Shown here: piece by piece, positions 38,635 through 48,343 of the stretch | Position numbering within the stretch: the first letter of the stretch is position 1 | How the letters are laid out: the number at the start of each line of letters is the position of its first letter | Assembly: GCA_016791115.1 (NCBI GenBank) | Contig: JAEUNL010000016.1 | Span: 36,878-100,877 of the forward strand | DNA from: Rhodocyclaceae bacterium | GTDB taxonomy: Bacteria; Pseudomonadota; Gammaproteobacteria; Burkholderiales; Rhodocyclaceae | Direction of reading: 5' to 3' | DNA length: 64,000 nt | Position numbers and translations under genes: made by a program | The notes under the pieces: model-generated | The model's input: only the letters and a program-made list of their open reading frames with translations | What the model was told of the DNA's origin: nothing | Databases searched by the model: none

Positions 38635-39411
38635 ATGCGCTACGAGAACATCATCGTCGAGACCCGCGACAAAGTCGGCATCGTCACGCTGAACCGCCCC
38701 AAGCAGCTCAACGCGCTGAACGACGCCCTGATGGACGAACTCGGCCACGCGCTGGCCGGTTTCGAGGCCGACCCGGCCATCGGCGCAATCGTCGTCACAG
38801 GTTCCGAAAAGGCCTTCGCCGCCGGTGCCGACATCGCCGCGATGAAGGATTACGGCTACATGGACGCCTACAAGGGCGACTACATCACGCGCAACTGGGA
38901 ACGGATGAAATCCTGCCGCAAGCCGGTGATCGCCGCGGTTGCCGGTTACGCGCTGGGTGGCGGCTGCGAACTGGCGATGATGTGCGACATCATCTATGCC
39001 GCCGACACCGCCCAGTTCGGCCAGCCGGAAGTGAAACTCGGCATCCTGCCCGGCGCCGGGGGCACCCAGCGCCTGCCGCGCGCAGTCAGCAAGGCCAAGG
39101 CCATGGACATGTGCCTCACCGCGCGCATGATGGACGCTGCGGAAGCGGAACGCGCCGGACTCGTGTCGCGCATTTTCCCCGCAGACCAATTGCTGGACGA
39201 AACGATCGCCGCGGCACAGAAGATCGCGGGCTTTTCGCTGCCGGTAATCATGATGATCAAGGAGGCCGTCAACCGCGCCTACGAGAGTTCGCTCGCCGAA
39301 GGACTGCTGTTCGAGCGGCGCGCCTTCCATGCCGCTTTCGCGCTCGACGACCAGAAGGAAGGCATGCGCGCCTTCATCGAGAAACGCCCTGCCCGATTCG
39401 AGGATCGATGA
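38635..39411 (+). CDS. enoyl-CoA hydratase (crotonase family)
   Basis: I took the ATG at 38635 ([29 protein letters not shown]). The product contains [16 protein letters not shown]. Confidence 0.9.
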   Translation: MRYENIIVETRDKVGIVTLNRPKQLNALNDALMDELGHALAGFEADPAIGAIVVTGSEKAFAAGADIAAMKDYGYMDAYKGDYITRNWERMKSCRKPVIAAVAGYALGGGCELAMMCDIIYAADTAQFGQPEVKLGILPGAGGTQRLPRAVSKAKAMDMCLTARMMDAAEAERAGLVSRIFPADQLLDETIAAAQKIAGFSLPVIMMIKEAVNRAYESSLAEGLLFERRAFHAAFALDDQKEGMRAFIEKRPARFEDR

Positions 39412-39418
39412 CGCGGCC

Positions 39419-40270
39419 TCAGCGCCGCCCGATCACCAGCCACACGCCGAACACGCACACCGCCATGCCGACGAGCGCGCCCGCGGCGAGCCGCTCGTCG
39501 AAGATGATCCACGCCATCAGGGCGGTCGTGGGCGGCGTCAGATAGAACAGCGCCGAGACGCGCGTCGCCTCACCGCGGCGGATCAGCAGGTGCAGCAGCG
39601 AGATCGCGCCGATCGACAGCACCAGTGTCAGCCAGCCCAGCGCGAACAGGAACGACGGCGTCCACGCCACACCGGCGGGCTCCAGCCACCAGGCCAGCGG
39701 GCCAATTACGGCGAGCGCCGCGGCGAACTGCACCGCCGACCCCGTCCACAAATCGAAGCTCGGCACGAAGCGCTTCTGGTACAGCGTGCCCAGCGTGATG
39801 CCGGCAAGGCCGAGCCCGGCCAGTCCGAGCGCCGGCAGGGTCGCTGCCTGACCGAGCCGGTCGCCGACCACCAGCGCCACCCCCACGAAACCGCAGGCCA
39901 GGCCAAGCCACTGGCGTCCGCCGAGGCGCTCGCCGAGCAAGGGCGCGCCCAGTATCGCGGTCAGCACGGGCTGCAGGCCCACGATCAGCGCAACCTGCCC
40001 GGCCGAAAGACCGGCTCCGATCGAACAGAAGACCCCTGAAAGATAGCCGGCATGCAGCAGCACGCCGGCAACGGCCAGATGGAGCCAGGTCCGCTGGCCG
40101 CCCGGCCACGGCCGTCGCATCACCGTCGCCAGAAGGGTCAGCAACACGATCACGCAGATGAAGCGAATCGACAGAAAAGTGAGCGGCCCCGCGTAAGGAA
40201 GCCCTAACTTCGCGCCGATGAAACCCGTGCTCCAGAGGAGCACGAATACGAATGGTGCGAGTTGCGGCAC
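39419..40270 (-). CDS. EamA/DMT family transporter
   Basis: The 283-aa ORF has 10 predicted TM helices and a duplicated EamA pattern. Confidence 0.85.
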   Translation of the reverse strand: MPQLAPFVFVLLWSTGFIGAKLGLPYAGPLTFLSIRFICVIVLLTLLATVMRRPWPGGQRTWLHLAVAGVLLHAGYLSGVFCSIGAGLSAGQVALIVGLQPVLTAILGAPLLGERLGGRQWLGLACGFVGVALVVGDRLGQAATLPALGLAGLGLAGITLGTLYQKRFVPSFDLWTGSAVQFAAALAVIGPLAWWLEPAGVAWTPSFLFALGWLTLVLSIGAISLLHLLIRRGEATRVSALFYLTPPTTALMAWIIFDERLAAGALVGMAVCVFGVWLVIGRR

Positions 40271-40334
40271 GGTAAAAATCCTTGCTAGAAACCCTCGAAA
40301 ACGGTCGAACCGGAAGAGTGCAGCGCATCAAACT

Positions 40335-40354
40335 TATCCGGGAATTCCCGGATA
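40335..40354. repeat. perfect 20-bp palindrome in the eamA/phasin intergenic region
   Basis: TATCCGGGAATTCCCGGATA is its own reverse complement. It lies in an AT-rich tract 65-85 bp upstream of the EamA start. Confidence 0.9.
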
Positions 40355-40436
40355 TGAAAAAGATGAAACGATAACTATCGTTTTCTTTCATAATGTTATA
40401 TCTACAATTCGGTTTGCTGCAATGCGTCAGAAATTG

Positions 40437-40464
40437 TTGACATCCATCAGGCGATCTCTATAAT
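40437..40464 (+). promoter_or_regulatory. sigma-70 promoter of the phasin gene
   Basis: TTGACA, a 16-nt spacer and TATAAT: both hexamers match the consensus exactly. The -10 element ends 87 nt upstream of the phasin ATG. Confidence 0.65.
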
Positions 40465-40550
40465 CCAACCCATGATGCAACGCAACATGCTTTTCGGTCG
40501 CGGGGTATCAGCAATCTCGTCCGAATTGACCTATTTGCCAGGAGAAACAC

Positions 40551-41117
40551 ATGTTCGCCACCCCTGAACAACTCGCCGCCGCCAACAAAGCGAACGTCGA
40601 TGCGCTGCTGACGATTGCCAACACGGCATTCGCCTCTGCCGAGCGCCTTGCCGCTCTGAACCTGAACACTGCCCGCGCCGTGCTCGAAGATTCCGTTTCC
40701 AACGCCAAGTCGCTGCTGACCGCGAAGGACGTCCAGGAACTGATCAGCCTGCAGGCTTCGCTGGCACAGCCGATGGTCGAAAAGGCCGTCGCCTACTCGC
40801 GCAGCGTGTATGAAATCGCCACCCAGACCCAGGAAGAACTGTCCAAGGTCGCCGAAGTCCAGTTCTCCGAAGTGAACAAGGGCATTGCCGCCGCGCTCGA
40901 CAAGGCTGCCAAGTCTGCACCCGCTGGTTCCGACGTTGCCGTCGCCGCCGTGAAGTCGGCCATCGCCGCCGCCAACAGCGCCTACGACAGCATCAACAAG
41001 GCCGCCAAGCAAGTCGCCGAAATCGCCGAAGCCAACGTGGCTGCCGCGACCAACGCGACCGTCAAGGCTGTCGGCGCCGCTGCTGCCAGCGCCCCGAAGG
41101 CCAAGAAGTCTGCCTGA
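40551..41117 (+). CDS. phaP: phasin family protein (PHA granule-associated)
   Basis: The 188-aa Ala-rich ORF begins MFATPEQLAAANKANVDALLTIANTAFASAERLAALNLN, a typical phasin N-terminus. Confidence 0.88.
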   Translation: MFATPEQLAAANKANVDALLTIANTAFASAERLAALNLNTARAVLEDSVSNAKSLLTAKDVQELISLQASLAQPMVEKAVAYSRSVYEIATQTQEELSKVAEVQFSEVNKGIAAALDKAAKSAPAGSDVAVAAVKSAIAAANSAYDSINKAAKQVAEIAEANVAAATNATVKAVGAAAASAPKAKKSA

Positions 41118-41144
41118 TCGCGACTTCGCACTGCTTCAGGAAAA

Positions 41145-41166
41145 CCCCGCTCAGGCGGGGTTTTTC
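41145..41166 (+). terminator. intrinsic terminator after the phasin gene
   Basis: CCCCGC-TCAG-GCGGGG is followed by TTTTTC. Confidence 0.8.
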
Positions 41167-41232
41167 ATTTCCGGTCGCCGAATCCGTGCGACGTCTGCTC
41201 CGGTTGCAACCTACCTGCCCAGCCACTCGGCC

Positions 41233-42009
41233 CTAAGCCGGCCGAGCGCCCTCCGTCCACTCGATGCCGCGTCGCGCCAGCTCGGCGCGGATTTCCGCCA
41301 TGCCCTCGTGCACCTGCCGCGGGTCGCCGCCCATCCCCAGCTCGATGTGGCGGCGCACGCCGTTGCCGCCGAATGAAGGCAGGCTGGAGAGCGTCGCGCC
41401 CGGATACTTCTCGCTGATCGCGTTCATCAGGTCGAGCAGGTCGCCCTCGCCCGCCTCGTACACCATGATGGCCTCGCGCACGACCTCGCGCTGGTGGTGC
41501 AGGTGGCGATAATGCGTGTCGAGCACCCACTCGGTCATTGCCCAGGCCATTTCGGGGAAGCCGGGCATGAACCAGTGGTCGCACACGCTGAACCCCGGAA
41601 TGCGATTGAACGGATTCGGGATGATCGCCGCGCCGGCCGGAAATTCGCCCAGCCGCAACCGCCGCTGCAATAGCTCCGGCGTGCATTTCGGATCGTCGGC
41701 GAAGCGCGCACGAATCTCGCGCTCAGCCTCGCCATGCAGCACAAGTTCGCGGCCGAGCGCCGCCGCGGCAGCCTGGCGCGTATGGTCGTCCGGCGTCGCA
41801 CCGATGCCGCCGAAACACAGCACGATGTCGTCGGTCGCGAAGCTGCGCCGGAAGGACTCGATCAACCGCGGCCGCTCGTCGCCGATGTAGGTCGCCCAGT
41901 TCAGTTGCAGGCCGCGCGCGGCCAGCAGCTCGATCAGCTTGGCGAAATGCTTGTCCTGCCGTCGGCCGGAAATGATCTCGTCGCCGATGATGAATGCGCC
42001 AATGCCCAC
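41233..42009 (-). CDS. CinA-like / molybdopterin-binding (MoCF_BD) domain protein
   Basis: The product has GAFIIGDEIISGRRQDKH...VLCFGGIGATPDDHT. I placed the start at a GTG (cac at 42007-42009) 7 nt after a GGAG. The longest ORF runs to 42108. Confidence 0.72.
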   Translation of the reverse strand: MGIGAFIIGDEIISGRRQDKHFAKLIELLAARGLQLNWATYIGDERPRLIESFRRSFATDDIVLCFGGIGATPDDHTRQAAAAALGRELVLHGEAEREIRARFADDPKCTPELLQRRLRLGEFPAGAAIIPNPFNRIPGFSVCDHWFMPGFPEMAWAMTEWVLDTHYRHLHHQREVVREAIMVYEAGEGDLLDLMNAISEKYPGATLSSLPSFGGNGVRRHIELGMGGDPRQVHEGMAEIRAELARRGIEWTEGARPA

Positions 42010-42031
42010 TGCTGCGCTCCTTGTTCGCCGG

Positions 42032-42754
42032 TTACCGCACTGCACGCATGCCGCGCAGCGTTTCCAGGCAATAGTGTACGAACGCCAGCCCCGCGAAGGC
42101 CGGCGCAAACAGATTCACCAGAGGGATGTAATTGAGCGCCCCCGCGCCCAGCCCCACCAGCAGCAGCTTGCCGCGATGCGCGCCGACCAGTCGCGCGAAC
42201 TCCTCGCTGTCGGCGTGCTGCATCAGCGCATCGTAGCGATAGGCGCGCTGATTGAGCCACGCCGACAGCAGCCACGGCAGGATCAGGCCAAGGCCCGGGA
42301 TCAGCCACAGCGGCAGCGTGACGATCAGCCCCGCGAGATACCAGGCCAGCGCCACCAGCGCATTGATGACGCTGCCCGTCTGCGACCCGCCGCGCCGCTT
42401 TTCCAGCGTCGGGTAGTCGCGCGCCGCGACGCGTTCCAGGATCAGCGGCAGCGCGAACACTGCGACGATCGTCGCCGCGGTGGCATACATCAGCGGCAGC
42501 AACAGCAATACCAGCAGCACGCCGGCCGTCACGCTCGCGGCACTCGCTGCGCCGCTGTCGCCGAACCAGCCGGCGAACCACGAGAAATTGCCCATCGCGC
42601 CGGCCAGCCAGGCGCTCAGCGCGCCGCCGAACTGCCAGGCGACAACCAGCCAGACCGCAATCGAGACCAGCGTCGGCCAGACGAGGTGCCAGAGGATGCC
42701 CGGCTGCGACAGGCTGCGCAGGGCGCGGGTGAAGCTGGTTGCGATCGGTGTCAC
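42032..42754 (-). CDS. EI24/CysZ-like integral membrane protein
   Basis: I placed the start at a GTG (cac at 42752-42754) after GGAGAAGG. The 240-aa product is polytopic and ends ...NYIPLVNLFAPAFAGLAFVHY, which is typical of the family. The family call is from memory. Confidence 0.6.
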   Translation of the reverse strand: MTPIATSFTRALRSLSQPGILWHLVWPTLVSIAVWLVVAWQFGGALSAWLAGAMGNFSWFAGWFGDSGAASAASVTAGVLLVLLLLPLMYATAATIVAVFALPLILERVAARDYPTLEKRRGGSQTGSVINALVALAWYLAGLIVTLPLWLIPGLGLILPWLLSAWLNQRAYRYDALMQHADSEEFARLVGAHRGKLLLVGLGAGALNYIPLVNLFAPAFAGLAFVHYCLETLRGMRAVR

Positions 42755-42786
42755 GTCGTTGCCTTCTCCGTTCTTGCGCTGCTTGC

Positions 42787-43263
42787 TCAATCGTCCGCGC
42801 CGGCCCAGCGGATCGACGTGAAGACGACGAACAAGGCACCATTGTCGCCCGGCGCCCGATAAGAGCCCACCGCACCGAGCAGTTGCGCGGCAAGCGCCGT
42901 CATGTCCCAGCCATCCTCGGTCTCGCCCTCCCATCCGTCCTCGAGCAGGGGCCAGATGTCATGCTCGCGGCCGTAGGCGCGCACTTCCTCAATGCGGCTC
43001 TTGACCCGGGCTGCGATCGAATCGTTCGCCCACGACCAGCGCCAGGTGCCGCTCGCCTCGGAAATGCTGCCGACGCACTGGAATTCGGCCACCACCATCG
43101 CCTTGCCCGAACGCGAGAACATGAACCGGCCGGTGTCCTGGTCGTAGTCCCAGTGGTCATGGTTGCCAAGGTCGAACTCGGCGTTCAAGGCCTGTTGCTT
43201 CGCCAGCAGTTCCTCTCGCGCACGATCGAGCACCGCGTCGAACTCGTCGCCACTCATCGCCAT
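42787..43263 (-). CDS. hypothetical cytoplasmic protein
   Basis: The ATG at 43263 follows GGGAGG. The 158-aa acidic, Trp-rich product (MAMSGDEFDAVLDRAREELLAKQQALNAEFD...) has no motif I recognise. Confidence 0.55.
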   Translation of the reverse strand: MAMSGDEFDAVLDRAREELLAKQQALNAEFDLGNHDHWDYDQDTGRFMFSRSGKAMVVAEFQCVGSISEASGTWRWSWANDSIAARVKSRIEEVRAYGREHDIWPLLEDGWEGETEDGWDMTALAAQLLGAVGSYRAPGDNGALFVVFTSIRWAGADD

Positions 43264-43440
43264 GCCTGCCTCCCGCCATCGAATCCGGACAACACCCGGC
43301 CTGAAACCCGCACGTATTGGCGCTCTCGACGCTGGCATCGCCAGGACCGCCATTGCACGCGCGCCCCGGGCGTGCCGATGCCACGATCAAGACGCCATGC
43401 GCCTTCTGGCGATGCCGTGGCGGGACTCCGAACGCGGAAA

Positions 43441-46400
43441 TCAACCATGCGCCCGCGCCTCCCAGATCTTCTGCAGCCGCTTGACCGAGACCGGCATCGG
43501 CGTGCGGAGTTCCTGCGCAAACAGCGCGACGCGCAGTTCCTCGAGCAGCCAGCGGAATTCGTCGAGCTGCGGATCGGCCACACCGCTGCGTGCCTGCATG
43601 CTGCGCTCGCGCTCGAACGGCGTGGCGAGCGATTTCCATTCGGCCAGCAATCGCGCATCGCGCGCCGGATCGGCACGCAGCTTGTCGATGCGCAGGTTTG
43701 CCGCCTTGAGGTAACGCGGCAGTTGCTGCAGCCGTTCGAACGGCAGGTCGGCGACGAAGCGCTTGCCGACCAGCGCCGCGCATTGCGCCTTGATGTCGTC
43801 GGCCGCCTGCGGCTGCGCCTTGATGGTCGCCAGCTTCTTCGTCAACGCCGCATGCTCGCCGAGTATCGTCGCCGCGAGCCGCGCGATCTCCTGCGCCACC
43901 AGCGTGATGCGCGGCTTGGCTTCCTGCACGCGCTGCTCGAAGCCGGCTGCGTCGGTCGGCAGCGGCGCCAGCATGCAGGTGCGGTCGAGCGTGGCGCCGA
44001 CCAGCTGTTCCTTGAGTTCGGCCTCGGTGCCCAGCGCAATGAACAACAGGCCCATGTCGCGCAGGCCGGGCAAGTTCTTCTCGATGAACTTCACCTGCTC
44101 CTTGAGCGCCAGCGCGAAAAGCCGGCGCAGGCCGGCACGATGCATCGCCTGCGCCTTGTCCGGCGTGTCGAACACGCGCAGCGCCACGCTCGCGCCCTCG
44201 TCCACCAGTGCCGGGAAACCGACCACCGGACGGCCGTCGACGCTGACCTCCATGATCTCGGGCAGCGTACCGAAGGCCCACGTTGTCTGCCCTGCAGGTG
44301 GCGTGGATGCTGGCGCTGCAGGCATGCCGGCCGCAGCGCCTTTGGTGGCGGTCTTCTCCGGCGGTACCGGGCTGCGAGGTCCGCCCGATGCGGGTTTCGG
44401 GGCAGGCGCCTGCGCCGGCACGCTGGCCGTCGCCGCCTTGGCGACGGCCACGTTCGCCGCCTCGAAGCGCTTTTGCACCTCGCGCGCGTAGCGGGCGCGC
44501 AATTCGGCGAGGTTGCGCGACTGGCCGAGCACGCGGCCATGCTCGTCGACGACGCGGAAGTTCATCGACAGATGCGCCGGCAGGTTCTCGGCGCGGATCG
44601 ATTCGAGCGGCAGCTTGAGCGAGACCCGCTCCTCGATATCGCGCGCCAGCACGCGCAGCAGCGGCTGTTCGGTGTCGAGCGTGCCGTCCTCGGCGCGGGC
44701 GCAAAAGTCCTGCGCGTATTCCTTGATCGGCTGCAGGCGGTGGCGGATCTTCTGCGGCACGGTGCGCGCAAGCTGGTTCACCTTCTCCTCCAGCATGCCC
44801 GGCACCAGCCACTCGCAGCGCGCGGCCGGCAGCTGGTTGAGCAGCGCCAGCGGCGCGGTCAGCGTGACGCCGTCATCGGCCGCACCGGGATCGTGGTGGT
44901 AACTCAGCCTGAGCTTCTGGCCGTGCAATTCGAAGCTGGCGGGAAAGCGGTCGGTCGTCACGCCGGCCGCTTCGTGGCGCATCAGCTGCTCGCGCTCGAG
45001 GAACAGCAACTTCGGCTGCTTCGATTCCGCGTCGCGGCGCCAGGCTTCGAAACCGCGCACGTCGGTGACGTCGGCCGGGAGCAGCGCGTCGTAGAAGGCG
45101 TGGATCAGTTCCTCGTCGACCAGCACGTCGGGCCGGCGCGTCTTGTGCTCGAGGCGCTCGATGTCGGCGATCAGCTTGCGGTTGTGCTGGAAGAAGGCGG
45201 CGCGCCGCGCCACCTCTTCCGGCAGTTCGCCGCGCACCAGCGCCTCGCGGATGAAGGTTTCGCGGCACTGCACCGGATCGATGCGCGCATAGCTCACCTG
45301 CCGCCGGCCGTAGAGCACGATGCCATGCACCGTGCCGCGCTCGAACGCCACCACCTGCCCGCTGCCCTTGGACCAGTGCGGCTCGAACACATGCCGCTTC
45401 ACCAGATGCGCGCCGACCTGCTCGACCCATTCCGGTTCGATCTTCGCCAGGCAGCGCGCGAACAGCCGCGTAGTCTCGACCAGTTCGGCGGCCATCACCC
45501 ACTTGCCGGCCTTTTTCGCCAGCGCCGAGCCGGGATGCGGATACCACTTGATGCCGCGCGCGCCAAGGTAATGCGCATCGTCGTCCGCCTTGAGGCCGAT
45601 GTTGCCGAGCAGGCCGGCGAGCAGCGCCTTGTGGATCGCCTCGTAGGTCGCCGGTTTCTCGTTCTCTTTCCAGCCGTGTTCGGCGGCGAGCACGTGCAGT
45701 TGCGCATGCACGTCGCGCCACTCGCGCATGCGCAGGTAGTTGAGGAAATGCTGGCGGCACCAGTCGCGCTGCTTCTTCTGCGTCTGGTGCGTCCATTGCT
45801 CGTCGAACGCCGCCCAGGCACGCAGGAACCAGAGGAACTCGGAGCGCTGCTCCGCTTCCGGCCCGCGGAATTTTGCGTGCGCCTGGTCGGCCGAGCCGGC
45901 CGCCTCCTGCGGACGGTCACGCGGGTCCTGCACCGACAGCGCGGCGGCGATGATCAGCACTTCGCGCAGCGCGCCCTGCTCGCGCGCGGCGAGGATCATG
46001 CGGCCGATCTTCGGGTCTGTCGGCAACTTCGCCAGTTCACGGCCAAGCGGCGTGAGCTGCCGATCGTCGTCGACCGCGCCGAGTTCGTTGAGCAGTTGAT
46101 AACCGTCGGCCACCATGCGCGGCAGCGGGCGGTCGAGGAAGGGAAAGTCCTCGACCTCGCCGAGTTTGAGCGCGCCCATGCGCAGGATCACGCCGGCCAG
46201 CGAGGAACGCAGTATTTCCGGATCGGTGTGCGAGGGTCGCTTGGCGAAGTCGTCTTCCGCATAAAGGCGAAAGCAGACGCCGCTCGCCACGCGGCCGCAA
46301 CGGCCGGCGCGTTGCTTCGCGGCGGACTGCGCGACCGGCTCGACCTGCAACTGCTCGACCTTGTTGCGATGCGAGTAGCGCTTGACGCGCGCCAGCCCGG

Positions 46401-47601
46401 TGTCGATCACGTAGCGGATGCCCGGCACCGTCAGCGAGGTTTCGGCAACGTTCGTCGCCAGCACCACGCGCCGGCCCTGATGCGGCGCGAACACGCGCTG
46501 CTGCTCCTGCGCGCTCTGGCGCGCGAACAGCGGCAGGATCTCCACCGCGCCGCGCGAAAAATGGTGCTTGCGCAGCGCTTCGGCGGCCTCGCGGATCTCG
46601 CGCTCGCCGGGAAGGAAGGCCAGCACGTCGCCAGGACCGAGCGAGAACGCCTCCTCGACGGCGTCGACGATCGCATCCGCGATGTCGCGATCTTTCGCGG
46701 TCTTGGCGCCATCGGCATCCACCGGCCGCCAGCGCAGGTCGATCGGATAAAGGCGTCCCGACACCTCGATCACCGGCGCCGGCGTGCCACCGGTCGCGAA
46801 ATGCTGCGCGAAGCGATCGGCATCGAGCGTGGCCGAGGTGACGATCACCTTGAGTTCAGGCCGCTTCGCCAGCAACTGGCGCAAGTAGCCGAGCAGAAAA
46901 TCGATGTTGAGGCTGCGCTCGTGCGCCTCGTCGATGATCAGCGTGTCGTAGGCCGACAGCAGCGGATCGCCCTGCGTTTCGGCGAGCAGGATGCCGTCGG
47001 TCATCAGCTTGACGTAGCTCGATTCCGAAACACGGTCGGTGAAGCGGATCTTGTAGCCGACCGCCTCGCCCAGCGGCGAGTTCAGCTCCTGCGCGATGCG
47101 CGTGGCGGTGGCGCGCGCGGCGATGCGCCGCGGCTGCGTGTGGCCGATCAGCCCGGCGGCGCCGCGCCCCAGTTCGATGCAGATCTTCGGTAATTGCGTG
47201 GTCTTGCCCGAGCCGGTTTCGCCGCAGACGATGACCACCTGATTTGCCGCGATCGCGTGCGCGATGTCGTCGCGCTTCTGGTTGACCGGCAGTTCGTCGG
47301 GGAACGCAGGACGCGGCCGCGCCGCGAAACGCTGCGCGCGCTTCGCCGCCGACCGCTCGATGCGCGCGCGCAGCGCGTCGTCCGGCGCCGCCCCGCGCAG
47401 CCGGCGCAGCGCCTGGACCAGCGGGCCGCGGTCGGCGCACATGCAGGCGTCGAGCAGGTCGGAAAACTCGTTGCGGACAGTCGTTGCGGGCACTCGGATA
47501 ACTCTGGATTGGCGCGAGGCGCCAAAAAGGCGAGAATTATCGCCTACTCGGCTCGCCCCCCGCCATTGCCACGGCATTCGAAAAGAAGACAACGACGTCA
47601 T
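43441..47601 (-). CDS. hrpA: ATP-dependent RNA helicase HrpA (DEAH box)
   Basis: The 1386-aa ORF has [20 protein letters not shown] and [12 protein letters not shown], plus a long C-terminal HrpA domain. The start is uncertain. The longest ORF start at 47601 overlaps the crcB start, and an in-frame GTG at 47493 fits the E. coli HrpA length about as well. Confidence 0.88.
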   Translation of the reverse strand: MTSLSSFRMPWQWRGASRVGDNSRLFGASRQSRVIRVPATTVRNEFSDLLDACMCADRGPLVQALRRLRGAAPDDALRARIERSAAKRAQRFAARPRPAFPDELPVNQKRDDIAHAIAANQVVIVCGETGSGKTTQLPKICIELGRGAAGLIGHTQPRRIAARATATRIAQELNSPLGEAVGYKIRFTDRVSESSYVKLMTDGILLAETQGDPLLSAYDTLIIDEAHERSLNIDFLLGYLRQLLAKRPELKVIVTSATLDADRFAQHFATGGTPAPVIEVSGRLYPIDLRWRPVDADGAKTAKDRDIADAIVDAVEEAFSLGPGDVLAFLPGEREIREAAEALRKHHFSRGAVEILPLFARQSAQEQQRVFAPHQGRRVVLATNVAETSLTVPGIRYVIDTGLARVKRYSHRNKVEQLQVEPVAQSAAKQRAGRCGRVASGVCFRLYAEDDFAKRPSHTDPEILRSSLAGVILRMGALKLGEVEDFPFLDRPLPRMVADGYQLLNELGAVDDDRQLTPLGRELAKLPTDPKIGRMILAAREQGALREVLIIAAALSVQDPRDRPQEAAGSADQAHAKFRGPEAEQRSEFLWFLRAWAAFDEQWTHQTQKKQRDWCRQHFLNYLRMREWRDVHAQLHVLAAEHGWKENEKPATYEAIHKALLAGLLGNIGLKADDDAHYLGARGIKWYPHPGSALAKKAGKWVMAAELVETTRLFARCLAKIEPEWVEQVGAHLVKRHVFEPHWSKGSGQVVAFERGTVHGIVLYGRRQVSYARIDPVQCRETFIREALVRGELPEEVARRAAFFQHNRKLIADIERLEHKTRRPDVLVDEELIHAFYDALLPADVTDVRGFEAWRRDAESKQPKLLFLEREQLMRHEAAGVTTDRFPASFELHGQKLRLSYHHDPGAADDGVTLTAPLALLNQLPAARCEWLVPGMLEEKVNQLARTVPQKIRHRLQPIKEYAQDFCARAEDGTLDTEQPLLRVLARDIEERVSLKLPLESIRAENLPAHLSMNFRVVDEHGRVLGQSRNLAELRARYAREVQKRFEAANVAVAKAATASVPAQAPAPKPASGGPRSPVPPEKTATKGAAAGMPAAPASTPPAGQTTWAFGTLPEIMEVSVDGRPVVGFPALVDEGASVALRVFDTPDKAQAMHRAGLRRLFALALKEQVKFIEKNLPGLRDMGLLFIALGTEAELKEQLVGATLDRTCMLAPLPTDAAGFEQRVQEAKPRITLVAQEIARLAATILGEHAALTKKLATIKAQPQAADDIKAQCAALVGKRFVADLPFERLQQLPRYLKAANLRIDKLRADPARDARLLAEWKSLATPFERERSMQARSGVADPQLDEFRWLLEELRVALFAQELRTPMPVSVKRLQKIWEARAHG

Positions 47602-47992
47602 GACGCCCTATGCCTTGCTTTCGGTCGGATTCGGCGCGGCCATCGGCGCCTGGCTGCGCTGGTGGCTGGGCCTGAAGCTCAATCCGCTGTTCCCGACCGT
47701 GCCGCTGGGCACACTGGCCGCCAATCTGGTCGGTGGCTACCTGATCGGCATCGCGATCGCTTATTTCAACCAGCATCCGGGACTGCCGCCGGAAGCGCGC
47801 CTGCTGGTCATCACCGGATTCCTGGGCGGGCTCACCACGTTTTCCACTTTTTCCGCCGAGGTCGTCACGCTGTTCGGGCGCGAGGAATACCTGTGGGCGA
47901 TCGGCGCCGCGAGCGCCCATTTGTTCGGCTCGCTGCTGCTGACGGCACTCGGCATCATGACCGTGAAATGGCTCGCCGGCGTTCCAGGTTAG
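47600..47992 (+). CDS. crcB: fluoride ion channel CrcB/Fluc
   Basis: This is the 3' part of track ORF 47264..47992, from the ATG at 47600. The 130-aa product has 4 TM helices and conserved GTLAANLVG and [12 protein letters not shown] motifs. Confidence 0.88.
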   Translation: MTPYALLSVGFGAAIGAWLRWWLGLKLNPLFPTVPLGTLAANLVGGYLIGIAIAYFNQHPGLPPEARLLVITGFLGGLTTFSTFSAEVVTLFGREEYLWAIGAASAHLFGSLLLTALGIMTVKWLAGVPG

Positions 47993-48000
47993 GAGAAATC

Positions 48001-48330
48001 ATGACCAAGGGCTGCTACCTCAAGTTCTACATGCAGGAGGCCACACGCCTGCACGGCATCCTCGCCTATGAATGGTTGCTCGGCAAGGCAGAGTCGATCG
48101 GCATCGAGGGCGGGACTGCGTTTCGCGCCGTTGCCGGATTCGGCCGCCATCACGAAATGCACATGGACCAGTTCTTCGAACTGGGCGGCCGCTTGCCGGT
48201 CGAGGTCGGTTTCGCCGTCAGCGACGAACATGCCGACCGCCTGCTGGCGCTGCTGCGGGACGAAGACGTTTCCCTGTTCTTTGTCAGGCTGCCGGCGGAA
48301 TTCGGCGTGACTGCCGCGCCCCGGCGCTGA
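48001..48330 (+). CDS. DUF190 domain protein, often found beside crcB
   Basis: The ATG at 48001 gives MTKGCYLKFYMQEATRLHGILAYEWLL...GGTAFRAVAGFG, about 109 aa. The family call is from memory. Confidence 0.75.
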   Translation: MTKGCYLKFYMQEATRLHGILAYEWLLGKAESIGIEGGTAFRAVAGFGRHHEMHMDQFFELGGRLPVEVGFAVSDEHADRLLALLRDEDVSLFFVRLPAEFGVTAAPRR

Positions 48331-48343
48331 GGTCCGCATCGGC

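Noticed and set aside
42739-47193. A 1484-aa ORF on the plus strand, the longest ORF in the track.
   Set aside because: It lies entirely antisense to the well-supported hrpA gene. Its translation is Arg/Ala/Leu-rich with no recognisable domain. Long antisense ORFs of this kind are expected in 65% GC DNA because stop codons are rare.
47500-47550. A possible fluoride (crcB-motif) riboswitch upstream of crcB.
   Set aside because: The two hairpins and the ...CGCCUAC ending loosely resemble the riboswitch outline. However, the conserved GGCGAUG...loop, the AAC(C)GCC linker and the GAUG-plus-pseudoknot 3' strand are absent. By eye it does not fit RF01734, and only a covariance-model scan could overturn this.
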